A stretch of DNA of 64,000 nucleotides from Macrostomum lignano (lineage: Eukaryota): NCBI GenBank assembly GCA_002269645.1, contig NIVC01000305.1, forward strand, positions 124,001-188,000, read 5' to 3'. Positions 10,400 to 22,776 of the stretch are shown here, piece by piece. A program made the position numbers and the translations under genes. How positions within the stretch are numbered: position 1 is the stretch's first letter; the number at the start of each line of letters is the position of its first letter. The notes beneath the pieces were generated by a model. It was not told the origin of the DNA. It did no database searches and was given only the letters and a program-made list of their open reading frames with translations.

Positions 10400-11535
10400 A
10401 ATTACAGCTGCACACCTCACTGCAAAAGATATTCATTTTATACATTTATATGAGATGCATTGCATCTGACAAGTGTGTTTATAGTCGATATATTAATTTT
10501 ATTAACTGCTATATTTTTGCTGTAGGTATGGATATGGCTACTGATATGGTTTCGGGAATGCATATTTCACATATTTAAAGCTCTTGATTTAATGGATGGG
10601 AGGGGTAGAACAAGGAATGAACGTTGCCAGTTTGAAAGCTTTTGTGGGGGGAACTTTCAAGTTCCGGAGGTTGAGGACTCAAGCAACAGAGATTTTCAAT
10701 TCCATTATATAAATTGCATAAGGGTTATGGGCACCTTGGCACAATGCCTGCCTTTGATGAAATTTTCCAACAACCAGTGCTAAGAAACATGAAGTTTGGA
10801 TTGGCCTTCATAAGTGTGAATTGCACAAAACCCTCCCAGCCTTTTTGAGAACAATCCTCAATTTAATGAGGCTGTGCATAGCATCCAACCTAAAGGTTAT
10901 GGCATAAGAGTAAATTAAGCTTATTGTTGAGTTATTTTTCTCCCCAATACCCAAGCATAATAAAAAAATATTGCAAGACTAATAAAAAACATTTTTATAA
11001 TATTGTATTAGACCTCATTCTTAGTAATTATTTATATATTATATATAAACCAACTACTATAAGTTGATTTGCTTGCTATGAGCAATTACCATTTTGTTAG
11101 CCTATTTAAGTTTCTTAAATTTCTACAATAGCTTGTACTTAAAAGTTTATGTCAATATTATTAGTGAAAGTTAATATAACTATCTACAAATTAAAGTTAT
11201 ATAACAAATGCTAGGCTTTAGTTTTTTCTTTTGGTTTACATAAGTTTTTTTAGTTTAAATTATAGATCTATTATTTTGAAAAGATTAAAATCAAATTATA
11301 AATTATTTCTTTTATATCATATCTATGATACATACTCTTAAATATATTTTTGGGAAAACTCTCATATGCAACAAGGTCCCAGGCAGTCTAGTACTGCCTG
11401 CATAGTCATGCATAGTTGCAATAATTTTTTGAAGTAAGTATCTTACAATAATATTGCAATATATATGTTAACTTTATATATATGTGCCATGTCAGACATT
11501 ATTGATATTTCTATTCCATAAGATACTTTTGCTTC

Positions 11536-11828
11536 ATACATGTGCAACAGTTGGCCGAGTCAGCCGATCCGGCTGACCGATTTGGCGGCCAACCAAGGAA
11601 GTCGCAAAAATGCCCACCCAAAAAAACACCAAGTAGTAGTACTAAGTAGCTGATGAGGCACTTTGGCTTTATAAGACAGTTATAGTTATTCCTGCTGTTT
11701 ACCAAAAGTTGCGTTAATTTTGCTTTTGGGTTTTTTACATGTAAGTTGCATTTTTGGCCAAAAACTACATCGCATTTTTGGTAAAACTAAGTTGCACGGC
11801 CGACCAAATTTTGAAAGTTGCGCATATA
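11536..11828 (+). mobile_element. MITE family 1, copy 1 (~270-290 bp, short TIR ATACATGTGCAAC)
   Basis: Aligns by eye with 35255-35527 and with the reverse complement of 14878-15135; ends atacatgtgcaac...gttgcgcatat. Confidence 0.75.
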
Positions 11829-12126
11829 GGTTTTGCTTCATGCAGATGCAGCATGCTGACAAAGTAATTTTTATTTAAATTTTTGCATTTTTTGATTTAA
11901 AGTTCATTTCTAATTTTAGATTTCTTGACTTTTGTATTGATTAATTTATATTGCACTGATTATAGTTGCAGCAATAGCATTAGCATTGATTGATTTCAAT
12001 ATTATTTAGGAATTTTAAAGGTGAGATAGAGTCAAAAAAAATTTCATTGTCATGTCAGCATCAGAAAGATCATTAGACTCTGAATAAAGCAACTTGGGCA
12101 AGGGCAGAAGATAGTTGCAGCCATAT

Positions 12127-12290
12127 ATGTGCAACCTTGGGAATCACCTGGCTGTTTCTATTGGCAATATGCACATTAAGTTGCTATTGGCTGAGAGCAG
12201 TCATGTGACTACTATTCTGTCCAATAGTAACTTACATGTGTGTTGCCAATAGAAATGGCCAGGTGAATCCCTAGGTTGCGCCCAAGCATG
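12127..12290. mobile_element. Palindromic MITE family 2, copy 1 (~165 bp)
   Basis: gtgcaaccttgggaatcac...gtgaatccctaggttgcgc fold-back; near reverse complement of 14341-14511. Confidence 0.75.
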
Positions 12291-13231
12291 GCTACAGCAA
12301 CAATGTCAATAAGAAGCAACAACAATAACAAAGTCAACATCAAAGCTTGGCTGATCAAATGGAAAGAGACTATCAACAATAAACTTTTTGCTTTATTACT
12401 AACCTCACCACTAGTCACAACCACTATATTATATTTATCTTTAGAGTTTGTTTATATATTATAAAAACAGTTGCTTTTATACATATTTTCCTAATTTGTT
12501 ATATTATATACATTGTTTTGTTTAATTCAACATTTAAATTTTTTGGTCTTTAGGCTCTTATTATAGTCCAAAATGTCTATTTTCTTTAGACATACTATAA
12601 ATATTATAAGTATGTCCATCAGAATCAGATCACTAAAAGTTAGTTTGTTGGCCTAACAAATAGTTAAAGTTTTCTAAGGCTAAATGTTTAGCTTTATAAT
12701 TTTATAGGTACTATAGCCACTATTAGTCCTATCACAAAGCCTCTTCCTTACTGAAGTTATTGAACTTACTAAAATGAAACAGTGAAACCTATTTAATAAT
12801 TAAGATTAATAGAATTTGACTTTACATTGAAATTATAATCAGATATTTATAAAATGATTTACTCCTTGTCCAATCTCTCCTTTAATCTCAACAATTCTTC
12901 CATTCATAGCATTCTCAGTCTTGATGGCTAAGGCCAAGGCCAAGGCCAATCAGCCTAGGCAGGCCAACCAAGGTTGCATTCAAAAGGGGAAGGCAATGAT
13001 TGCCAATCTACTAAGGAGTCATAACCATCAAATCCATACTACTGTCTAAATTGTCTAGAAGCTAGGAAACTTACACACAAATGTAATATAGTTGAGAAAC
13101 AACAACTATATGAGACCATTTTGGAAGTTTGCAAACATAGCCTATGCCACTAGCCTATCAATTGATATAGCCCAAGCTTCTAGCCTATCAACAAGAGCAG
13201 CTAGTATACTTGTAATGGAATAGCTAGTGCC

Positions 13232-13362
13232 TAGCTTAAGTACTAGCAACATCATGAAAATTTTTAGCTTAAATACTAGCAACATCATGCAATTTTTAGC
13301 TTAAGTACTAGCAACATCATGCAACTTTTTAGCTTAAATACTAGCAACATCATGCAACTTTT
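13232..13362. repeat. ~31-bp tandem repeat x4 (tagcttaagtactagcaacatcatgcaattttt)
   Basis: Four visible copies. Confidence 0.8.
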
Positions 13363-14340
13363 TTATGCTATGAGTCATCAAGCAACAGCTGGACAATCCG
13401 ATAGGCACATTCTACATATCAGGCAGCAAATCAGTCTACATTGCTGCTAGTCAATCATAGTCGCAAGTCAATGTCAAGAACAAGAAATGTGGCCAAGTTG
13501 CTAATCTACAAGCATTCTGAATCATGCACGATAGACGATTTTATTTATTGTGTGTCATGTTTTACACTTGCTTAACAGCTTTATCCATTTAATGTCAATT
13601 GCTTTATTGCATATTCAATTATGGCATAAGAAAGGCACCTGCATTAGCAATGGCATAGCAAAGTACATTCTTGCTATTGTCATAGATGAAACTACTATTG
13701 TGGAGCTCTTTGTAGCCAAGGATATTCTGGCCATGAAGGAGTTCACTGTTATCTAAGGTTTGACTCTTTATACAGATAGCAATAAGCTTTTAATACCTAG
13801 AGCTATTTTCTAGTCTCTTGTATAGACAAAAAACAATTTTTTTATATTTGACAAATAGGCTACTAAATACTTTAATGCCAAAAATCCCTTTAACCTTCCA
13901 AAAACCCTGTCTTAATATTGCTGCTTAATCTCTCAGCTTGCTAAAAAGTGACTTATTAAGACTTCTAAATATTGATCCCATTAAACTGTTTTGGCAAGTG
14001 CTTAGAAAAGTATATGCATATAATTTGCAAGGTTATATAGTCTAAAAATGGCTAGGATAACTAGGCTATTAGCACTAGTTAATGACACTATTGTTGCCAT
14101 GGTAGTCATGGAAAGGCCTGCATCTTGAGGTAAAAACACAGTCTGGCAGTCATATGATGATATAGCTGAACAAGGCTATTATCAATATATCAGTATATAA
14201 TGATCCACAGTTTTATAGAGCCACTTGCCAAGAAAAATATTGGCTTCTTAGCTTTATAATCTATTAGGATAGCAATAGTAGGTCAAATAGGTTTGCAATA
14301 GTTATGTTATTGTCTACTTTCATTCCTAAGTGTATCCAAA

Positions 14341-14511
14341 GCATGCTTGGGCGCAACCTTGGGATTCACTCGGCCATTTCTATTGGCAACACACATTTAA
14401 GTTGCTATTGGACGGAATAGTAGTCACGTGACTGCTCTCAGCCAATAGTGACTTACATGTATGTGTTGCCAATAGAAACAGCCAAGTGAATCCCAAGGTT
14501 GCACATGCATG
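14341..14511. mobile_element. Palindromic MITE family 2, copy 2
   Basis: gcgcaaccttgggattcac...gtcacgtgac...gtgaatcccaaggttgcac. Confidence 0.75.
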
Positions 14512-14877
14512 ATCCAAAGCAGAACTCTGTCTCCTATACCTATAGTCAAGAAAGTGGCCTATGCCATAGAAAATTCTAGTGTACAAAAGGGGTCCTTGGT
14601 ATACTTGGTGCACAAAAGTGGAGCACACTGAGGCCCCAAATATGTGATGCACAATTATGGTATATACTTATAGTCACTAAAATATGTGGGACATATTAAC
14701 ATGACTTGGTCACTATGCTTTTTGACTCATTGTATCTATACTTATGCAGTGTATTTGCAGTAGAAGTTTGCAATTGGATACTATACAGTAAAACAAACTG
14801 TTCTAAATAATTCTTTTTAGAAAAATAAAATACCATTTAAAACAAAAAATTCCTTTTCTGTTTCTTTTTTAAATGAC

Positions 14878-15135
14878 TCAGCGCAACCCCCCTGATTTAC
14901 ACTGGCCATGTGACTTACTTTTTGACCAAAAATGTGACTTACCTGTAAAAGAAACCCTAATGATTTTTAAGTAAACGGCAGGAGTAACTATGACTGTCTT
15001 ATAAGGGCTAAATGCCTCATTATCTAATTAGTACTAAATCTATTCTTTAGGCTGGGCATTTTTGCAACTTACCCCTGGTTCACCACAATTTACGGTGGCC
15101 AGATCGGCCAGGTTGGCCAGCAGTTGCACATGTAT
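14878..15135 (-). mobile_element. MITE family 1, copy 2 (inverted)
   Basis: gcgcaaccccccctgatttacactggcc...cagttgcacatgtat is the reverse complement of 35255-35527. Confidence 0.75.
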
Positions 15136-16579
15136 GCTCCAAAAGGCACAAAAAGCTGCAATGAATATTGCCACCTGTTAGGAATAGACTGCAAGGGTAT
15201 CTTTAAAAAGGATGTCTATAAATACTTTAAAGATATAGCAAGTAGCAATAGCATGAATGCCCATTATAAAACTCAAAATATCCAAGCTATTAGGCCTACC
15301 TACAACTTTAATAAGGTAATTAATAGGCCTAACTAGTCAGTGTCCATTCATATTGCCCATTTATTGACTGCTCAAAAAAAAATAAAGATTGACTAAGAGG
15401 ACCTGCCCCGTAGTCAAGATCATGGCACATTTGCACTAGAACAAATCCTCTTTAAAAAGTTTGATTATGCCATGTACTTGAATAAATCTTATGAAAAAAA
15501 TTTCTTGTGTCATGCACCAAAATTATTATTAATTATTATCAAAAAAGTTTGTTTGTGCTATGTGGTATGCAACTTTTGAAAAATGCAAAAATTGGTCATT
15601 TTCCATTTAAAAAAATACTAGGCCTAGTAAAACTTGTAGGGCCTATCAGAAATGTTTTATAAAAAATGCAATGTATAAAATTTTGTAAATTAGGCCCTAA
15701 TTTTAAAATGCCATCAATACATGGGCAAGCAAAAATTGCTAATAAAAGTAAATTACATGTTAATATTCTGTCAGAGAAAATACTGTCTTGTCTTAGGGCC
15801 TATCAAGGTAATATTTTTTTGGATTTGGCAAGACAAATTTTATATGCAATAGCCAAGCCAAATATATCCTATTTTTTAGTTTTAAAGCTTAGAAATTAGC
15901 TTTAATAGCTTTAAGAAAAAATCTTTTATAACCAAATAAATAAAACTTTTGCAATGCAGCAATGCCAATATAAAAGTCTGCTTAGTGACCTTTCGGAAAT
16001 GGAACAACTTTCTTTTACTTTACTGTACTAAATGACTATAGCATGTCCTAATTTTTGTAGGCCTTGTTGAGCATTAATCAGCATATAAAAGTTGTTTCCT
16101 GACTGAGCTAACAAAGCTAGGGCCTAACCTGCTAAAAAAGCCATACAAAGTTGATTAGGCTAAAGTAAAGACAAATAATTGAAAAAAAAATTTTAAGTCG
16201 CCCCAATGCTTAGGACTAACAATAACATGTATGGTACTTTTTTTACAAAGACTAGCAACTACTATCGCCCCGTTAAGCTTCGGATACGTAGATGATTCAT
16301 TGAAATGGATAGGAGATTTTGTGGGCCATGGTGGCCCATGGGGGGGGTCAGGTCAGGGTCTCATGACGCACTCAAGACGCAAATTTAAATTTAAATCGGG
16401 CGCCCTGCGCCAGCGAATTTCCAGGAACGGGTCTCCTTGTTAAAACAAACCCTGTACCTGTACCATCTGCGAAAGACCCGACGTAGAGATTTCCAAGTTG
16501 AGAAAAGTAACTAAACCGAGAGCTAGGTGATACATAGATGCATTCTTTACATTAGCTACAGTTAGTAGTCCCTACCATG

Positions 16580-18484
16580 CCCGATGAAAACGGTAACAGG
16601 CCAAGAAGCGTTCCGGAGTGACTTGCGTCGCCCCAGAGTCACGTTGCAGATGACATAGGTTAAATGGGAAAGAAGTGATTCTAAACGCCTCTAAAGCGAC
16701 GAGATGTGTGATAAAAGGCAATTAGATAAATAGCATGCACGGTGAGCAATAGGCCCTAGACAAACCTACTTGGAGCGTTCGGAGATTTTAAAGCTATTGG
16801 CCCTAATTGCCTATCGCCGGTCGGCGAGTCCTACCAGTCTTTCTCCAATAGTCACAGGTACAGTACAAGAAAGAAAGAACACGAGGGAACACGAACCGAA
16901 TAGATTTAGAGAGTGATAATCCTAACGAGAATAGCTAAATCTTATTGCTGACGGTTTAATTTGATCAGTAAAGTTACAAGATTCTCAATACGATTCACGG
17001 CGCAGATAAATTGACACTGATGATAACGAGTAATAACGATACAACGATTAGCGATAATAAATTAATAACGCAACTGGCAAGCGGATCTCAGCTAAAGAAG
17101 AAGAAGAACCGAACACGACCACGGAGAAGACTCCTAACCCCTGGCTTAAACCAGAACCTACACTCAAACGAGAGTCCTGCCGAATTGACCGTTCAACGGA
17201 GCACTGACTAAATTCTATCAGTACTGCCCTTCAGTGTGACACTGAGGCCCTCAGGATCGAGGCCACGTACTTGGTCAAACCCGACAGTCTCTATCTAACC
17301 GCGCTTGATAGCGACGACTTCAGACAGAAATTTGCCGTAGACGTTACGCTACAAGACTGAAGCGGTCGGGCGGGGACAAAAATATGGACCGGGGGTGATG
17401 AACTCAAGCGCCTCAAAAGCGCGAACCAAAACAGCAGGGCAAGCGGCCGGGAAGCTGGACAAAACCAAGAACCGGGGAAAGAAAAGAAGGGAAAAAGGCG
17501 AGATCCGATTGCCATATACACTTTCATATATAGTCATTGTCAGACCCTCAAAACCCCCCTTCAAGCCGGGTGGTGGTCGTCTGGCCGGCCGCTTGCTAAG
17601 CCGAATTGCACTGTGCCCGCGGCGCCGGGTAGAACTGGAACTTGCCGCGTGCCAGGGTCCAGGCCGGTTCTGATTGGCTGGCCGCGCGCAAAGCTGGGGT
17701 TCGCAGAAAACTCAACCCTCCGCTGAGTCACAAAATTGGCGTCTGACTTCTAACCTGTTTACGCAAAATAAACTCTAACTAACAAGAAAAGTACATTGAA
17801 AACGTGACTAAATTAAAGCAAAATAATAATTCAATAACAATAATGCAAAACCTAACTAATAGAATACGCAAAAGATGCTCACACTACAGATGTCACGGTA
17901 CAAGTCGCCAAAAAGTCGTCAAAGAGTTGCCCCAGATCATCACTTTGAAGCGTTTTATTGCCTGCGCTACTCTGAAAAGATTCCTGGCGCGACGCAAGTG
18001 ATTTTGGCGCGACTCTAGTGACTCTAGGGCGATAGTATAACGATTTTGGAGCCGTAAAGTCGTATTTGAGGCATTCCAGAGTCGCATTGGAGTCGCTGAG
18101 TTGCGTTTGAAGTGCATTTGCGTCGCTTAATGAATTAGGGGCTCGTAGAGTCACTTTTCCGGCGTTTCAGCGGCGTTCTGCAGTCGCTAAAAAGTAGCAG
18201 AAGAAGCGACTTTAGCGTCACTGTAGAATCGTTACTGCGTCACTTCCGAGGCACTCTAGACGCGTTACGGAGTCTTTATTAACGGCCTCAAAACAGACTG
18301 CTGGATCGTCATTTCTGGGGGGCGAATAGAAAATTCATGCTTATCGTCTGAGAAGTGATGCACTAACGATTTTACTTACAATGACAACTAAAGCGCTTCT
18401 TTTGCGACTTTTAGGCGACTTGTATGTGCCCATTACTCTAGCTGCTGCGTTCAGTGGCTTGCCAGTACGAGCTATGTACGCGGG
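16580..18484. mobile_element. Probable non-autonomous TIR element (CCCG...CGGG ends, subterminal TACAAGTCGCC/GGCGACTTGTA inverted motif) with a ~1.2-kb internal insertion
   Basis: Left end matches 7709; the homologous sequence resumes at ~17893; ggcgacttgta at ~18414-18424 is the inverted copy; no transposase ORF. Confidence 0.45.
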
Positions 18485-19452
18485 GGTGGAGAAATGGGGT
18501 TTAAACTGTACATTGTACAAAAGTTACGAGCAATTTTATATTTTTATTTCGTTAAAAAAATAAGTGCAAAGAGTACGAGAGCGCAAAGGCCGCGCGGCAG
18601 CAAAAATCGACAGACCTCCCTCCTCAGGAGTCAGTTTGCTGCTCCTCCCTTTGATGCTTTGCTGCGGTGTCGCCGCCGATCTTGCTCGCCAAACGAAGCG
18701 CTTTGCTTGCAGCTCTTTGTCTGTCCATCCTCATGATTTAACCGTGACATCTCGTTGTTAATTTAGAGTCGTTTAGAATCATTTCTTTCCTATTTGACCT
18801 AGGCTTGGCGACATGATAGTTTGAAAGAAACTCTAATCCATTAATTCCTAGCACTCCTCCATTACTTACATGTAGTAGCACTGCTGCAAGAACTAACAGG
18901 TCTACGAGATTATCTGCGAGCATATTTACCACCAGACTAACAATTGCTTCTGGACACAAGTATATTAGTCTTTCTCAATTGTTGCAAGTTAATGCCTTGA
19001 TTGCGTAAAAGTCAACTAAAGCCGTGAGAAAGGCTACATCAGTTTTTTCTCTCCAGGGCCTACACTACTCGTAAATATGGAAGCTTATTTTCGTGACAAT
19101 AAGCGCGGTGGTACTGGTTTGAGCAGGATTGTGCTGCTGCTGCAATCAGCGTACATGTACTCATTTGAAGCAAAAAACCAGTTCCAATTAGACCGTCAAG
19201 ACTCAAGACGTCGTGTACTTAATTCTAGCCAAGGCGGAAGTATTTTTATTGATAAGAGTTTGGGAAAAATAGCTCCTGGTGGTCCTACATGGTACGTGAC
19301 AAAAGCTGAAAACTCCGTAATACCAGCCAGCATAAAAATTTAGAGACCTTTAGCCAATAAACAATTCGAATTCGAAACAACGGAAGGTAGCTAAGAATAG
19401 TTATCGTTAACAAGTTTTAAGTCGCATTGAGTCTCAAAAACTGGCTTTCAAG

Positions 19453-21036
19453 GCAAAATTAGCCTCGATTTTGCTGCTATGTAGCCTCATTGGCTGCGTT
19501 GCTAGCTGTAAGTGCATCTTTGATTTCCTGTCGTTACATGCATCTACTCAACAACATTGAAAAGTCGCCATCGCAGAAGATTCCGTCTGTGGTCGCCACT
19601 TTTGAGAGTGCAGGTAGTCTCTCAATCCTTGCGAGTGACGCAACTTAGCTACGCCACAGGACAGACTTGGGTTGAGGAATGAAGTGGGGGCCGTGGTATA
19701 GGAGCGGTATTCGAGGGTTGGACGGATTATAAAGAACCCCGATCATAATTTTCTCGTATCCTTTGATTCAGAATAGTCCAAGAGAAATTGTTCACTGGCG
19801 CATAGAGTGGCGACTTTTCAATTTTGCTGAGTTATACTTTCAGTTGCGTTTCGACGTTAAAGTGATTTTAATCATAGCATGGCTTCACAAGCTTTCTTGT
19901 TTACGGTGTAGATTGCCCTCAGGGCAGCGAGTGGATCGAGTACAATGGCAACTGCTACTATTGGTCAAGGACTATCGTCGAGAATTGGTTCCGAGCCGAG
20001 CTCACCTGCCAGAAATCGGGAGGTCACCTGGTTTCCATTGGCAGCCTGAGTGACAATAACTTCCTGCTGCGGCTCACGCAGTGCAGGGTCTCCTTTTGGA
20101 TCGGACTGGTGAACACTGTTCACTCGCTGAAGGCTCAGCACAGAGGCTATGAGTGGTGGGATCATCGCCAGCACAACTACACCGCCTTGAATCCGAGATC
20201 GAACGACTACTTCGATTGCGTCTACTTCGATAGAGTTGGAAAGTGGTATAACATCTACTGTCAGTACGGCTATACATTTGTGTGCATGGCTCCTGCTTCC
20301 CGTCCGAGCTCACAAGTAGAGGAAACTCACATGCACATCCAAACACCCGCGGCACTCGCCAGCCAACCGGATGTCCAGTACGAACAAGCTGACTACTCTC
20401 TACTGAGCAACTCAACTCAGGCAGTTGTCACAACTCCCAGACCAACTTTAGCCCCGATTAGGGTAATAAAAATATGAAACCAATTCAAGTTAATTACAAA
20501 TTAAACGAACTTGTTATATTGTCCAATTCCAAACAGTGCCCATCGGGCTGGCAGCTCCTTGACAACAGCTGCTACTACGTGATGTTCAACAAGACAAACT
20601 ACTTCAACGCTCAAATGTCGTGCCAGGCGATGGGAGCCACCGTGACGAGCATCCTGACGCCCAGGGAGCACACTCTGCTGACGGTGGCCATCGGCTGCAA
20701 TGCGCCTACTTGGATCGGTCTGGAGAAAGCGAGACCGTGCTTCAGGCAGCCCAGTAAGCCATCAAAGTCAATCAACCGCGCCTCATGTATTTTATGACAT
20801 ATCGTCAATGTTTTCACATTTCAGACAGAGACCACTGCTGGGTGTGGATGGACCGGAGTCCCACTGTTCACTTCGACTGGGCCTCCGGTCAGACTGTTGA
20901 CAGGCGGGATGCCGAGTGCGTGATTCTCGACGGTCAGTGGAAGGTTGTGAACTGCTACGCTGAGTACGGATACATCTGCAAGAGACACTCGTACGACCTG
21001 GCCAAGGATGTCATCGAGGAGGACAGCAAACAGTGA
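19453..21036 (+). CDS. Secreted protein with two C-type lectin domains; exons 19453-19507, 19912-20462, 20537-20753, 20825-21036 (initiator ATG possibly a micro-exon at 19289-19291)
   Basis: Signal peptide AKLASILLLCSLIGCVAS; CTLD1 CPQGSEWIEYNGNCYY...FWIGL...DCVY...W...C..GYTFVC; CTLD2 CPSGWQLLDNSCYY...TWIGL...ECVILDGQWKVVNCYAEYGYIC; intron phases 1, 0, 1 are consistent. Confidence 0.85.
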
Positions 21037-21831
21037 ATCCAATTGGTTTTCGTGGAGGTGGACGTGAAATTGTTGACAAACTTAAAATGAAACCTGAACT
21101 GATAATATTCATAAAGGGCATCATCGTCAAGTTGAAAGTATACTTAGCTATGCAAGCATAAACCTCTAGTGTCGTGGCTAATTAAGAACTAAGACAATCT
21201 TGAGCATATTATCTAATGTTTTATTGTAATTATGTTTCAGATTTTTCTTCTAAAGTATTGATGCATTCATTAGAATTTATGCTGCTGCTTACATGCTGCA
21301 GAAGCCTCATATTTACATGCAAATGTAAGTGTATACCGGAAGTTAGAGTTTATCTTCAGATTGCAAGCACTCCCCAAGTGTAATATTACTCGTATTCCGG
21401 AAGTCAAAGTTGGTCCTCACCAAAAGTAATTCTATAGCTCGTACGTTTATTGTAGCGAAATGCAGATATACGAGGTAAATACCTAACTACATGTACTATA
21501 GTAGATCACCCTCAGACTGCCCCCATTGGATACAGCATATGATTGGCGGTTTGATTCCACGAGAGAGCATAAGCTTGCACCTGTATAGGAGCTAGAAATG
21601 ATGAAGATACATTTGAACAGCGCTTCTACCTGTTAGGCTCACGGTTAAGCTTCACATTGTGCATCTGCATTGAAGGTTTCATCCTTATTGCATTGTAAGT
21701 AATACATCTGGTAATTTATTAAACCAGAACGAATCCATGACTTTAAAGAAAACGTGTATTATACGGAAAATTTCTGCATAGACCGAACTTCAAACCCTAA
21801 TTTTAAGAAACATTTTTATTCAACCTGGGAA

Positions 21832-22776
21832 ATGTTCTCATTAAGAATTGTTCTTCAAATCGTCATCTGCTCTATCGTGTCTGTCGCGGTTCAAGGATTC
21901 ATAGGTGGCATTGTAGGAGAAGTCCTGGAAACTTTTTCTAGCCAGACGTCATCGTCAGCCCACGGAGCCGCGGCTGCATCAGCCAATCAGCAACCTGTCG
22001 CAATATTCGACAAGATCAAAGGTGTCGATTGCGTTAACAAAAGATTCATTGCAACCGTTCAGCAAGTGCCAACAGCTGCAGCAGGCCAACCTCGTTGCGA
22101 CCCTCGACAGTGCAGTCTGGCCTGCGCACCTCGACCTGACTGCGTCGCATTTGCTTCAATCGACACCCGGCCTGGCCGGCCACCCTGCAGATGCCGACTG
22201 TTCATCCTACCACCTCGCGGACAGCGCGCCTGCTCCGCCGACCATTGTGGACCACCGATTCAAGTTCAAGATGAAGAGTACTGCAACCAATTGAAGACCA
22301 TCTACGTACGCCGTTTGCCAGGCGTGTCACCCGGTAAGCTCTGTCCATCCAGCTACTATGGCTCTGCCGGCTACCGAGGACCGTACGGGACTGCTTACAG
22401 AGCTGTCACTGGCAATCTTAACTGGAAAAGCGCCTTAAACAAATGCTCCGCTGATGGCGGCCTTAGTGTCGGTTTAGCTGAGGCTCCAACTGCCGAGCAT
22501 CTGAAGGTGTTGCTAAAGATAGCGGCTGAAAAATCTGAAAATACCTTTTTCATCGGAGGCAGGCAGCTGTTTTACACAAAGTATGAGTGGCGTTGGCACA
22601 GCTGCAACAACTCGGTGGCAAATGGGCTTTGGGAGACGCGACAGCCGGATGGTGTCGGCTACCCCAGTGGAAACGGATGTCTCAGTGTCGATAGCTCCTT
22701 TTCCGGAGGACTCGATGACTACGGCTGTACAAATGCCATTGGCTACATTTGCGAGTGTCTGTCGATTTTTGATTAA
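21832..22776 (+). CDS. Intronless secreted PAN/Apple-like + C-type lectin domain protein (314 aa)
   Basis: Signal peptide MFSLRIVLQIVICSIVSVAVQG; PAN-like C..RQCSLACAPRPDCVAF...CRL; CTLD NWKSALNKC...FFIGG...WRW...QPD...GCL...LDDYGC...YICE. Confidence 0.8.
   Translation: MFSLRIVLQIVICSIVSVAVQGFIGGIVGEVLETFSSQTSSSAHGAAAASANQQPVAIFDKIKGVDCVNKRFIATVQQVPTAAAGQPRCDPRQCSLACAPRPDCVAFASIDTRPGRPPCRCRLFILPPRGQRACSADHCGPPIQVQDEEYCNQLKTIYVRRLPGVSPGKLCPSSYYGSAGYRGPYGTAYRAVTGNLNWKSALNKCSADGGLSVGLAEAPTAEHLKVLLKIAAEKSENTFFIGGRQLFYTKYEWRWHSCNNSVANGLWETRQPDGVGYPSGNGCLSVDSSFSGGLDDYGCTNAIGYICECLSIFD

Noticed and set aside
10592-16443. Short 60-90 aa ORFs in the AT-rich intergenic zone
   Set aside because: No motifs or splice support; the region is degenerate repeat
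15395-16445. Possible TTAA-flanked DNA transposon
   Set aside because: Putative TIRs match too poorly; no second copy or transposase in the window
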